Source: Octopus bimaculoides (lineage: Eukaryota). From it: a stretch of DNA of 45,717 bases. The notes beneath the pieces were generated by a model that was not told the DNA's origin, did no database searches, and was given only the letters and a program-made list of their open reading frames with translations. The translations under genes and the position numbers were made by a program. How positions within the stretch are numbered: position 1 is the stretch's first letter; each line of letters starts with the position of its first letter. Below are positions 26,177-38,375 of this stretch, piece by piece. The stretch is taken from assembly GCF_001194135.2 (NCBI RefSeq), contig NC_068984.1:37103504-37149220 (forward strand), in the 5' to 3' direction.

Positions 26177-26282
26177 AATCAGCTCGCAGTCCCGCCTGCC
26201 TGATGTCCGTGACCGAAGAGGAGATAACTGCTCCGAAATGCTTGCATCTCACGGTCTGGGTAGATGGCACTGCGAGCTGATT
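26177..26282 (+). ncRNA. Type I hammerhead ribozyme candidate with extended stem I
   Basis: Stem I ccgtga (26207-12)/tcacgg (26249-54); core CCGAAGA (26213-19, one change from CUGANGA); stem II ggag/ctcc with loop ataactg; GAAA (26235-38); stem III ATGC-TT-GCAT; predicted cleavage triplet AUC at 26246-48. Closed by a perfect 14-bp inverted repeat aatcagctcgcagt/actgcgagctgatt. Confidence 0.8.
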
Positions 26283-26439
26283 TAGAAGTATACACACCAT
26301 TTGTCAACAAAAAGGTAATATTTTCCGTGACAAAACGCAGCGTGTAGCTTGTTCACCGGTTTAAACGTGCTTCAGGAATACTCGGACTGATAACTCCAGA
26401 AAATAACAGCAATTTAACTATTTATTCCTATAAACGTTA

Positions 26440-29312
26440 TGGATAATAAAAAGTTAAACAACGCAACATCGCAGATGCAGAAACACACGTACCAAATTAT
26501 AGTATATTGCGAAGTGACAGAAAAGGCAGGAGACATGGTGGAGTCGCAATGTGCATCCGTGAAGACCTCAGACCGTAGATCATTTTCTCACATTCAAACT
26601 GTGTGTGACACACTAATTGTACATATGATACAACTCCTTATAGCTATATGTACTACTTATCACCCACCAGATACTCCAAATCACACAGGCCGATTCGAAG
26701 CCTGCCTTGAAAAAATAGAAGTCCTATCCAACTAGAGTTGCACATTATTGTACTTCTCATGGGCGACTTCATCTTATTCAACGTAAGGGGTTTGAATGTC
26801 TTTTCCTCTCCGGAATGACGCGATATGGACAAAGACAGGTGGAATCCCTGCTCAACCTCACCAACACGTTATTCACGGAGCAAATTATACTCCGTCCAGC
26901 CAGGGCAGACGATATATTTGACCATTGTTTCACAAACAATATGGGATTTCTTCCATAACCTGAAAATGACACTAATGAAAGTCTCAGATCATAGTATAAT
27001 ACAGCTGAGCATGTATGGATCAAAGAGATCAGCATACATCCACCTATATCTATCCAATCTAAACATCCATAAAGCAGACTGGAAGTCAATTTAGAAAGAG
27101 GTCATCAAGCAGGATTGGATTTAATGTCACTTTACACCTGACACCGACATGAATGATTTAAATCTTGTAAGATTGTCCTAAAGATAGAATGCTACTGCAC
27201 ATGAGAACAAGATTCCTTGAGAGAAGAAAGTTCTTATGAGACAGCGCACATTGATCACAAACCACCTAAATAGAGAATTCAATGATAATGAAAAATCCCG
27301 CCTGGAAGCAACACTGCAGGAGACTGAGAAAAATCTTAAATGCTTCCAGTAAAAAAAACAAAAACAAAGAGCAACAAGAAGTCAAGGTTATAAAATATAT
27401 AAAATCAAACCCCAAATCCTTCTTTAAGTATGTCAAAGAAAATGCTTCCGTGCGATTTAGGGTAGGGCTACTCCTTCTAACAGATGGTACCCCCCTCCCA
27501 GGGAAACCCAATAAGGATAAGGAGACGAACGATTCAAAAGTGATTTCAACCTACGCTTATGGCACATGCAAGTCAGCAAACTTGTAGAATTCTTTAACAC
27601 CACAGAAGTAAAACGATACGCAGTAACAATTGATTACATTAACATAAAAGAAGAGGATGTAATACTGACCAAAGATGGTTTCGTCGCACACTCAGCCTCA
27701 GGCCAAAAGGATTACCAGCAATCCTTCTCAAATTATACAAACGAGCCCTTGCAAAACCACTTCAGCATCATTTTTGGTGCTGTTTTGCAGAAGTGGTAAG
27801 TTCTCAGTCAAATTAGTCAATAGGGAATAATGTCCTATTCACAAAGGAGGAAGCAGAGCAGATGCTAAACATTATAGGCCTATCTGTCTGACCTCAAACA
27901 TCAGCGATGTCATAGAATGAATAATCCGAACGAAATTAATTGCATTCTTTGAAGAGAACCTTGCTGACTGACACCCAGCACGGTTTTCGATCAGGTAGAA
28001 GCTGCCTGACACAACTCTTGCAGCACTTACCACTGGGTGTTAAAGGAGCTGCTCAACAACTCAAATATGGACGTGATATATCTCAACTTTGCAAAAGAAT
28101 TTGATAAAGTCGACCATGGTATTATATGTCACAAGCTGTGTAATCTCAGCATAGTCGGAAAACTTGGAGAGTGGCTACATTTACTTTCTAAACGATAGAA
28201 ATTAGTAGTAGGCTACTTCAAAGAAAACGCTTATAATGAGTAGTGTCACACAGGCAATTTCTTGGGGGCCACTGCTATTCATAGTAGCCCTCTTCGACGT
28301 GCTCTCAGCTGCTCAAATAGTCACCCTTGCAAGCTATATAGCTATCCTCTTTCAGAAGGTACATAACCCTGGAGATGTTGTGCATATACAACAGTTCAAT
28401 GCAATATACAGATAGGCTGAGGACACTAACATGCAGCTTAATGCTGGAAACTTCTAAGTCGTGCGTTAAAAGCACACAAAGCTGAATGGAATGCAGAGAG
28501 GATAAAGTGGTCTAGTAGGGACTGCAATCTCTGAATCAAAATCAGTGTGCGATCTCAGCATTAACATGAGTAATAATGCATATTACTAAGTTGGCAACAA
28601 AATGAAATATTTGGACGGAGACTTAGAGTTTTCGGAATGAGAGTACAGGAAGCTATTATGGACCTCAGGAGGACATTTATCTTCATCCGTTTAGACTACT
28701 GGTTCCTCCCAACTATGGTTCGCACACAGAGTAAAATTAACGACAGAACTCGAAGCAACCTAGTGAAGTTACACAACGAAGATTGTCTCAATGCGACATG
28801 TCAGCTACTGGAGGGAGAGTGAAAATGTTGAAACTCTACTTCTAAGAACGGAAGCAGGAAAGATATGCAGTGATATACATCTGGAAATTCCTAGAAGAAC
28901 TTGTGCCAAATTTTATCATTGAAAGTTACACAAACAACAGAACGGGTCACCACTGTATAGTACCAAAAATCCTTACATTGCCAACAAGATCCAGAGCCAG
29001 ATACTGAAATAGCTTGGATTTCAAGGGCCCACAGCCCAATATCACCCCCCCACACACACACACACACACAATGCCTGAGAGCCCTACAAGGAGTGTCTTC
29101 ATTATAAAACTGGATCTCCTCCAGTTAAGAGTTCCGGTTGAACCTACTGTGTAGCAAGAAACGCAGATGCAAGCAGGAACATCAAACTCCATCATTCACC
29201 AAATACTACATACTTGAAGAAATTTCAAGTAGTGAAAGTGTGGCAAAGCTAATGGTGGTGCCCCAGTATGGCCACAACTCTCGAGCTGAAACTATAAAAG
29301 AAAAAGAAAAAA
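26440..29312 (+). mobile_element. Decayed CR1/L2-group LINE (APE endonuclease + RT), ~2.9 kb
   Basis: APE motifs NYSILRSDRKGRRHGGVAMCIRED, TYHPPD and MGDF. RT motifs QHGFRSGRSCLTQLL (~27977), DVIYLNFAKEFDKVDHG (~28069) and GPLLF. C-terminal ERYAVIYIWKFLEELVPN. A-rich tail at 29295-29312. Many stops and frameshifts. Confidence 0.88.
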
Positions 29313-30535
29313 CAGTTGATTAGTTGCAGTAATAAGCTCAAAACTATTTGAAGTCGTATATACTGTGATATATATGTAACATTTGGCTTCATTGCTGTGA
29401 ATAGCAAGAGTTAATACACATTATGCATTATTTGCCATGGCAAATTACCAAATGATTGGATGCAAACATCGTTTGAATAGCCCACTTCTTTAATTCCCAA
29501 CCAAACAAGATTTCTTCTTTACGTAAATAAAAACGACTTGTGTTCTACTAAATGCATAGACTAAGCACTCTAGGAATTCATCTCATAAAACTTTGTTTTG
29601 GTATCATATAAGGTTCTAAAACTTATACCAGACAGGGTATTAACATAGCACGAGAAGAAAGTAAGTATACACTTTGTAGAGGAAGTTATAACGCATAAAA
29701 GGTCTATTCAGTAAAATACATCCCTTCCCTCAATCCATCAATACAGTTAAATACAGCTTTTCGATGTAGCGAAAAATATAGAAGAATCCCTCGTTTCTGG
29801 CAAGCAGAATAGTTCCATTGTTTTGCTTTCTGTTTTTGTTGGGGTTTTTTTTCTGATTATATGTGGGCGTCAACATCGACATTGCAGAGAACTCTAATTT
29901 GATGTACTTTTTAAGATGTATTACGAAAGTCTTCACTGAAGCATTTGTATTATATTTTGTAAATCACTTCGTAGAAGAACAGCGGAAAAAATTTTCAGTT
30001 TATGAAATATTATATTAACAAAATATGAACTGAAAATACCGTTGGAGTGCAGAGAATGACAAAATTCCACAATTAATTGATCCATACAATCTGTACAGTA
30101 GCACCAAACTGTGCATGAGTGCATTCTAGTTTTCACACACAAACATTACTATGAAATATATTCTCTGTAGTTTTAGTTAAAACCTTCAAGAATATTTGAA
30201 TCCTTAGATACCTCTCGAGGTGAGTCATTTTCCTTTACACGCAGTAGATGTGCCTCATTGTCAAGAGAGAGATGGCAATGCAACGCAAGGCTGTATAACA
30301 TATGAAGTGCAGAGTTACTTGTTTTCCATTCACTTGAAAGTTATCGCATACAACATGAGATTTGCAATCGGAAACAGGTATATATTTTTAGTTTATTGTT
30401 CATTTCTCTTTCAAATGTTGTCATAGTCGGACGTTATTATTACAAATGAAACAGAAACAACATATTGCCTCTGTAATCAATTGTCTCAAGGAAACCTTTA
30501 GGAGAAATACCTGAGAGAACAGTAAACGAAATGTA

Positions 30536-30537
<2 letters not shown>

Positions 30538-30612
<75 letters not shown>
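30538..30612. repeat. (TG)n microsatellite
   Basis: Directly visible. Confidence 0.98.
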
Positions 30613-30614
<2 letters not shown>

Positions 30615-32635
30615 TGTGATCGTTTTGATGCATCGATATGTTAAATATTAGTGGCAATGAATTTAAACTGTTTATTAGAAATTAAATTTTAAAATCTCTT
30701 ACATAAATTAATTATCTAATTGTATGAATACTCTCGGTTTGAAGGAATGGTATAAATATAAAACTGTGGTAGCAGTTTAATTTGATAACCAATGGAAATA
30801 ATTTCTAAAAGTGTTGAAAATGTTATATCAGACATTACACCTCCAGTTAAATACTGTTACATATAAATAAAAAATGAAATAATTAGTAACTGGCCGTATA
30901 ATTTAATAAAATCCACCGATGTGTTAAGAAAATAAGTTAAAAATAAAATTACATAACAAGGATAAAACACAGATAATATCAGATAACAACTGATCAAAAC
31001 ATGACTGATTATAAACATACAATTTGGTTATTTCTTTGTTGTTTTATGTTGTAATGATTTATTCGTGTCGAAGTTGAATATTCATTTTTCTATTTGAAAC
31101 AGAGAAGTATTCATTGCGCTCAAATAGTTAATGTAATCTTTCCAGGGTGAAAGTTCTGCAATTATTTCTTACCAATCGATTTTTGCTGTTATTGCACTGT
31201 ACTTCAATGCACTGCATATTAGAAATGTTTACCTGCTGTGCAAATGTTTAAGAAATATCATTTCAATTTTGACATGATTTAACTTCATTTTATTAATATT
31301 TAACTTGTTTTCTTTTCCTTTTTGCACTTAGTTCTATGGGAATTATCATAAGAAAAATTTTATTCTAAACAGCGTATGATCTTAAAACCTGAGGGGACTT
31401 ATACAAAATATGGTATCAGAATGTCAAGAGATCATATGGCTTCTTCTGAAGTGAAGCTTTTACGAAAAGGAACAATGTCAATGTATTTAGAAGAAAAATA
31501 GCAACCGACATTACGAGAGATTGTTTTATTTCTTTATTTAGATTTGTTGGCTTGCTACTTTGTTGGCATCTCTTTTCATTTTTCATTACTGTATTTTTGT
31601 TATCTTTTAAGAAGCTCCTGACAAGAAGATGGTATTATAGTTATACATTGCAAAGCATCGCTAAAGATTAACTCTCTTGAGTTAAAAATGTAAGAGGTTG
31701 GGGAATAAAAACGAAAAACAGAAAGTAGCAAATAGTATTGCTTATCGCTCCGGCAACAAGCGACAAGTTTTCCTTTTAAAAGATTCTCTTTCGTTGGTCT
31801 AAAAGGTTATGGCTCCCCGGAGCAAATACTTTCATTGGATTTACTATATTTTATAGTGATTGAATATTGCTAAACATAGAATCTCTGCTATTTTTCTTTT
31901 TCGAATAAATCAATGCGACACAAAACTGCTTGTTTTGAAAGGTACTGAAAAATTTCTGAAAAGTAGTGGTGATCAGGAAAAGAATAATTGCGAGATGTGG
32001 ACGCTTAAACAAGAATACTATAAAAGGAAATCCTTGGTAGACTAGGGCACACATTTAAATGACTGAAGGAAATCTCTTGAGTAAGACTTCGAAGCATATA
32101 TATTAAGGAAAATAAAAGATACAGAGAGAACGTTTTAAAATATCAATGAAGTATTAAATATGGAAATATTTGTCAATGAGGTGACTATATTGGAAATGAT
32201 GAGTATTATTATTATTTATTTGATCTGTTAAGCAGGAGTAAGAAATATATAGAACATATTTAAAGTTCCGGAAATGTAGTATAAAATTTTATTACATTCA
32301 TATATTTGAGTTATGTTAAACCTTTAATTCAACACGTGGATTATCTAAAAAGAGTGTTGAGACTGTATTTGTCACTTCCGGAAACGTTTTCCTTATATTT
32401 GCTACATATCACATGATTCTCAGACCGGAACATGATCATACATACTATGTGAAATCCCAACGACTGTATTCCACACTGTAAACAATATAGCCTAATAGCG
32501 AAATAAGATGTAAGGAAATTATGATGAAAATACATTCTTGTAAAATTAGAATCCACATAATATTGAATTTTATAAAATTATATCCGAGTAAGTTTCGGTG
32601 TTCGGATAAAACATCGAATGCCTTTAAAGTATATT

Positions 32636-32695
32636 TGATTTTCACATTATAATGTAATTGATTTTCACATTATAATGTAATTGATTTTCACATTA
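32636..32695. repeat. 23-bp tandem repeat, ~2.6 copies
   Basis: Unit tgattttcacattataatgtaat at 32636 and 32659, partial at 32682. Confidence 0.95.
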
Positions 32696-34786
32696 ACCGT
32701 TAGGACATAGTAAATCATTTAGTATGTGCAATTAATCATTGTAACACGCTCCCCAACTATGCTGTACTGTCTATACAAAGACACTGTGCCTGCCTAAACA
32801 GCAATTACAGACTTGTAAGAGAATTAAGTGTAACCGCTCTGTTCTTAAACATGTGTGTCAAGTCAGAGAATTGATGAGGCAGTTTATATTTAAATTCATG
32901 TTTGAATTTTAGTACATTTCTATCCAAATGTACGTTTTCATAACGAACTTGAGCTGGATTTTCTACGTATCTTTGTTAATTTTCGATCATAAATTTTCAT
33001 AATTTCCTAAATCTCGAGACGTAATGTTTTGCAATACGACTTCCAAAAATACTAGCTTCCAAAATTAATTATCATTTCTTATATTGCAGTGAGGCCGAGG
33101 ATAGGTATAATCGATTTCATCTGATAAGACTCAAACTAAATAATATCACACATGTCTTTCCGTGTTCAATATACATTGTGCTATTTAATTCTGTTCGTAT
33201 TTTATCTACAATTTTACACTGCTAATAGTCATCCCTAAATAGGGTATTCAGTTCAACTTCTATTCTTTTCATAGATTAAGTTTTATTTTGCATCCTATAT
33301 ATCTATTTATTACTGGCTCCAATTAGTTTATAGTTAAAGATCGACGAGGAATCACTGTAGATAAGTGTCCATTCCTGTTTAACATTTGTAATGAATCCGA
33401 TCTGACCGTCACTTCAATTATATATTGCTAACAACCTTGATAAAATCATGTGTATAGTATGTATAAACTTTGATTTATATATCTTCTGGAATAGATTCAT
33501 AATCTTATTATCCATTTAAATCATCTTATACTAACTTTAAATTATTTAGAAAACGTTATGATATACGTACAATTTAACGTGTATAAATTTGTTGCTGACT
33601 CTTTCATAGAGCGAACCAACTTATATGATAATTTTTCTCACTGATATAGGTTGATACCATTTATAGATTTTAAATGATATTTGTTATTATGTGTTGATGT
33701 AATATAACACTAAAAACAAATCATGTTACAATAATTTGTGTTGGCATTGTTTGCCAAAATTTGATATTATATGTTGATATAATCTTTGAAGTTATGCAAT
33801 TATAGATTAAAGAATGATTGATTCAATGGAATTAGGAACTGTCGGCTAGTAATTTGACGGTATCTATCCGAACGGCATAATAGACAACGAACCAACGATG
33901 CAAAATACAGGCGGTCTTGCAACCAGTAACCAAATCTTTCTCAATTCATGCTCTACCCTCTTGACAAAAGACACATTTGATAATGTAATCCTGGTTGTAT
34001 TCATTTTAAAAATAAGGTGGCATGATCCCAGCTGGAACAACTTCGACAAGAGGTCTGCCGAGTTAGAGCTGTACTTGGACAAAATAACAACAACAGCAAC
34101 ATCAACAAAATTAAGGACAGCTTTAAAGCAAAAATAATAACGCAGTTTTCAGCTTGGGTTATTGTTATAGGCTTATTATCCTGACTCACTGTGACATGTA
34201 GTTAAAATATTCCACAGTTTGATAACAAAGTCATTGCGTAGTCAATTACAATTGCAGTACATTTTGATATTGAATTTCCTTTTTTACGGGTTCACAGACA
34301 TCAATCAATCAGATTAGAATCCCCAAATATATCACTTAATTAGCCATTCTATTTGGTATATGGTAACTATTCTCTCATCGAATGCATTTTGATATACTGC
34401 TGTTTTCACGTTACATACATCATACACATACTTCTAACTATGGATGATTTAACTATAACGCGTTCTGTATTAGCCAAAATAAACAGTACTTATGTCAGGT
34501 ATCATTATAATGATGTCAAGTATTACCTATAATGATGTCCACTGGCACCTTTTGCATATCAAATGTTAACTGGAGTTGAAAACATTCGACAAGGTGCTTA
34601 TGGTCAGGTTTTATTGCTATAGATACAATAACTGCCTCAAACTTTCTGTTAACCAATATCATTAACGTTTTGATAAAGAAATTAACGCTTACTCTACGTT
34701 TATACATAAGACTGACTTATTAAAACGAAACTTTGATCTCATTGCGTACATAAGTACGACACTTATTTACATTAATTATATATTCA

Positions 34787-34996
34787 TTTCTACTGAAGGC
34801 ACAAGGCTCGAGATTTCTGGGGAGGCGGCTAGTCGATTAGATCGATCTCAGTACACAGCTGTTACTTAATTTATCGACCCTGAAAGGATGAAAGGCAAAA
34901 CCGACCTCGGTGGAATTTGAACTCAGAACGTAAAGACAGACGAAATACTGCTAAGCATTTCGTCCGGTGTGCTAATGTTTCTGCCAGCTCGCCGCC
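34787..34996 (-). mobile_element. tRNA-derived SINE, family C
   Basis: The minus strand starts ggcggcgagctggcagaaacattagcacaccggacgaaatgc...ctgagttcaaattccaccgagg; homologous to 25636-25827. Confidence 0.9.
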
Positions 34997-35158
34997 TTAC
35001 ATTAATCAAATATTGTTGCAGTTAATCAGATGACAAAACACAAACTTCTGTGTGAGCTCCCTGATGAATGAAAAAATGTGTGCTCTTATTCAAAGATTTA
35101 CTGTATTCATCATTATTATACCTAAGCGAAAAGAAAAATCTTGTTTTAATATTGCTAT

Positions 35159-37318
35159 TATCAGGACATTCTATGAGTAATGTCCGAATTTTGAGTGAGG
35201 AAAAAAATTATTTAATTTTACATTTTATTAAAATTTAATCATGTATATCGTTCGTCTGAAAATAATGGCCGATTTTAATAATAAGCCTATATTCTTAAAA
35301 ACCTGAACATGATCCTTGAACAGCTATGCATTTCACCCATCGATTAACAAGATTATTTATGCCTCTTCGATACAAATCTAAAGCTGTTGATACCAAGAAT
35401 TTAGTTTCGACCGCGGTTTTGGAACGTAAGATTCTTGTCTTAAATAAGTGTCTAGATGCTTGAAAAGTGGTAATCGGTGGATGAAATATCAGGAGAATAT
35501 GGAAGATGTGGAAAATCTCGTATCCCAAGTCTGTGAGCCTCTGTAGTGTCATCCTGGAAACGTGAGCTAGAACGTTGTCCTAGAGCAGAATTGGACAACG
35601 TCAATTAACAAGTGCAGGTTTCATTTTGCTCAATTGGACATGAATCTTTTCCAGTTGCGTACAGTAAAAAAAACTTCCGATGAAACGTTCTGGTTAGGTT
35701 CCAGAAAGCTCTGTTGTTTTCAAATGTTGATCATCAAGAGTAGATGGACGTCCTCTACCTTCTTGATCTTCAAGGTCCTCATCCACACTACGGAATCTTT
35801 CAAACCACCGTTTTACTGTCCGATCACTAGTGGACCCTTCACCCCCATGCTCTATTGATATTGCCTGCTGTTTGAAAAGTATTGTGTCGAAGCTTGGATT
35901 CATGCAAAAACGTAAATGCTTTTTTTTTCATGTTTTAAATTTAGGATTTCTGCGCTTCAAAATTATATTCTGAAACAAATCAATAAAAGTTTATTAAAGA
36001 GAACACATTAATTATTAAGCACGTAAAATATCGTCTAAAACACTACAAAAATAACATCTTAAATCGAATTTGAAAAATTTACTTTGAAAAATCGAACAGT
36101 ATTTTCGGAACAGCCAAATATATAACATCATTATCGATGACTTCCTTCTATATACTCATCGGTTTTTAACACTTTTTTTTAATTCCATTGGTAAAAAAAA
36201 GACCCTTTTGGTTTTGACGATAAAAAGGAAGACCGAGTTAGTTTCGACTTCTTTGAGCTTTAGAGTACTAAACCATTTAAACGAGTCTGTAAGCTTCGAA
36301 GCAAATGGTTATCAGGAGTGAGGTCTGGAGAGCAATGCGGGAAAGAGATTTTTTCCCAGTCACATCCTTCGATATTTTCTGATATAATCTTTGTAGTGTG
36401 AGGTCTTGCATTATCATGATGAAACACGTCTCCCTTACGATTCGCCAAAGCAGACCTTTTTTCTTCAAAGCAGCATCCCAAATGCTCTAATTGTTGGCAA
36501 TAGATGTGAACAGTAATTGTTGCATTAGCAGCTCAAAGAGGATGACTCCAATGCAAACTTACCAAACGGAAAGAAGAATCTTTTTTTTCATGGAGATCCT
36601 TTTGGGGTTTTGGTTTAACCTGTTCTTCACAACTAAGCCATTGCCACGTCGCTTAACATTATCATAAAGAATCTATTTTTCAACACCGGTCACTAATCAA
36701 TCCAAAGATGGTGAGATACGTTCACTAGAGTGAAGAAATGAGAAAATGTCAACTCGTGACTTTTGGCTGGTTTCTGCGAAATCTCCGGGAACCCATTTTT
36801 CGAGTTAAGGCTCCTTTGGAAGCGGTTAAAATTGGCGGCGAACAGTTGAAAGGCTTTCTTGCCAATACTTCAACTGACATAGCATTATCCTTTACAAGCT
36901 CTGACAAAAACTCATCATCAAATTCAACTGAGCGTCCTATTCGTGGTCTGTGACTTTGTCTTCAATCACCAATTTTGAAATCTGCAAACAAACCTCTGCA
37001 ACGCCTTTCGTTCAATCACTGTTCTCCCTAAACAGAATGGATATTTCGGGTTTGCTTCTGCGCATTCTTTCTCTTTTCGAACTTGTAAAATTTTCATCCA
37101 ATCATCATTCTTTAAGTTTGTATATATATGAAGTCAGAGAGATCGGTAATTTATAGCATCAACTCTACTTCCTTCCTTTGCAGAATGCATATTAATCTGC
37201 AGTCAACGTTGTGGGAGCATACCATTTTCAGGCAATCTTTAATATATTGTACAAGTCATATCTCTGAAACTTTTACTCGTGTTTTCAAGAAAAGTATCGT
37301 AACTTATCAGACCCTAGT
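35159..37318 (-). mobile_element. Mariner (DD34D-type) transposon remnant, outer element, interrupted by a second mariner
   Basis: Motifs KWVPGDF (WVPHEL-like), LVTGVEK*ILYDNVKRR, FHHDNARPHT and HCSPDLTP. The C-terminal codons continue on the far side of the inner element. TIR-like tcaggacattctatgagtaatgtccgaattt at 35161. The high-coordinate end is uncertain. Confidence 0.8.
35244..36120 (-). mobile_element. Internally deleted mariner (inner element) with degenerate ~33-bp TIRs
   Basis: HTH segment RTVKRWFERFRSVDEDLEDQEGRGRP; C-terminal DNVLAHVSRMTLQRLTDLGYE...GINNLVNRWVKCI. Inverted termini 35244-35276 and 36088-36120 are about 70% identical and TA-flanked. The central catalytic region is missing. 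Confidence 0.85.
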
Positions 37319-37329
37319 GTTTCCAGTTA

Positions 37330-38200
37330 GACTCATAAAGTAGGTGTTTGACCCTCGGGAAAGTGAGAAAATCTTTTACGTTTCGAGAGTACGCTCTTTA
37401 GCAGAAAGTAATATGAGGAAATAACGAGAGAGAATAAAAAATAAACTTACGGATTTAGCGATTAGTCAGGGTTGAGTCGAAAGTCTAGGAAATGTTTGAG
37501 GCCAAGAAGTCCTTCGTTGTGTGGGATCACGATTACAAATCCTTCCTCAAGAGTATCAAGAGTAAAGAGAAGTTTAGAAGAGCCAGGAGAAAAAGTGAAA
37601 GAGTTGAAAACACGGAAAGCATGGTTAGTGTCGTAGATGTGGGAGGGGAGTGAATCCACTAGAAGAAAAGGACACGGTCAGGTATTTCGAGATCAATTCC
37701 GTGGGGCAGTTACAGGCTTAGAGTGGAATGTGCATAGGAAGGTGAAAGAGAAGAGAAATGATGGAATAAGCCGGAGGGAGAAGGCGGTCGTGCGTGTGTA
37801 TTTTGGAGAGATTGGAACGAATGATGGTGCCATCATAGCTGGTAGGAAGTAGTACGGAGAGATTGGAACGAATGATGGTGCATAAGGTGTTAAAAAGTAG
37901 TACGGAGTGTTGGTAGGATGGAAGCAGAGTGGAAAGTGAGATGGAAATGGAGGCGGAAGCCTATGCGAATGAGGTGGTGGTGAGGGCAGCGACTGAGAAA
38001 GGAAACGTGGCTAGAGAACCGTGTTTTTATGAAAATCAGTAGGGAAAGATAAATAGAAGATTGAAAGCAGAGGAAAGGAAATGTGGAAAGGTCGTTCTTT
38101 AGGCGGTGGTGAAGGTGGAGGAGGAAAGGTTTGTAATCGGGCATGCTTGATAGCGGAGAGAAAAGAAGGTAAAGGGAAAGAGGGGAGAGAGAGGTAAAGT
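37330..38200 (-). mobile_element. Penelope-like element remnant (partial RT plus terminal motif)
   Basis: ORF 37462-37659 reads DTNHAFRVFNSF...KLLFTLDTLEEGFVIVIPHNEGL, a decayed PLE RT motif-A region (typically D..SLYT.IP). It is followed by a terminus homologous to 44638-44705. Confidence 0.7.
37373..37408 (-). ncRNA. Decayed minimal hammerhead-like motif
   Basis: Minus strand: cuuu-CUGCUAA-a-gag[cguacu]cuc-GAAA-cg-U-A-aaag. Same layout as 18130-18175 but with two core substitutions. Confidence 0.4.
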
Positions 38201-38204
38201 AATG

Positions 38205-38207
38205 ACG

Positions 38208-38276
<69 letters not shown>

Positions 38277-38298
38277 GGACAGACAGACAGACAGACAT

Positions 38299-38351
<53 letters not shown>

Positions 38352-38375
38352 AAGATAGATAGATAGATAGCTGAT
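38205..38375. repeat. (GATA)n/(GACA)n compound microsatellite
   Basis: Directly visible. Confidence 0.98.

Noticed and set aside
33898-34137. ORF with KIRWHDPSW resembling the Cys-loop receptor WxDxxLxW motif
   Set aside because: The motif spacing is wrong, there is no supporting exon structure, and the 3' part runs into low-complexity (CAA)n.
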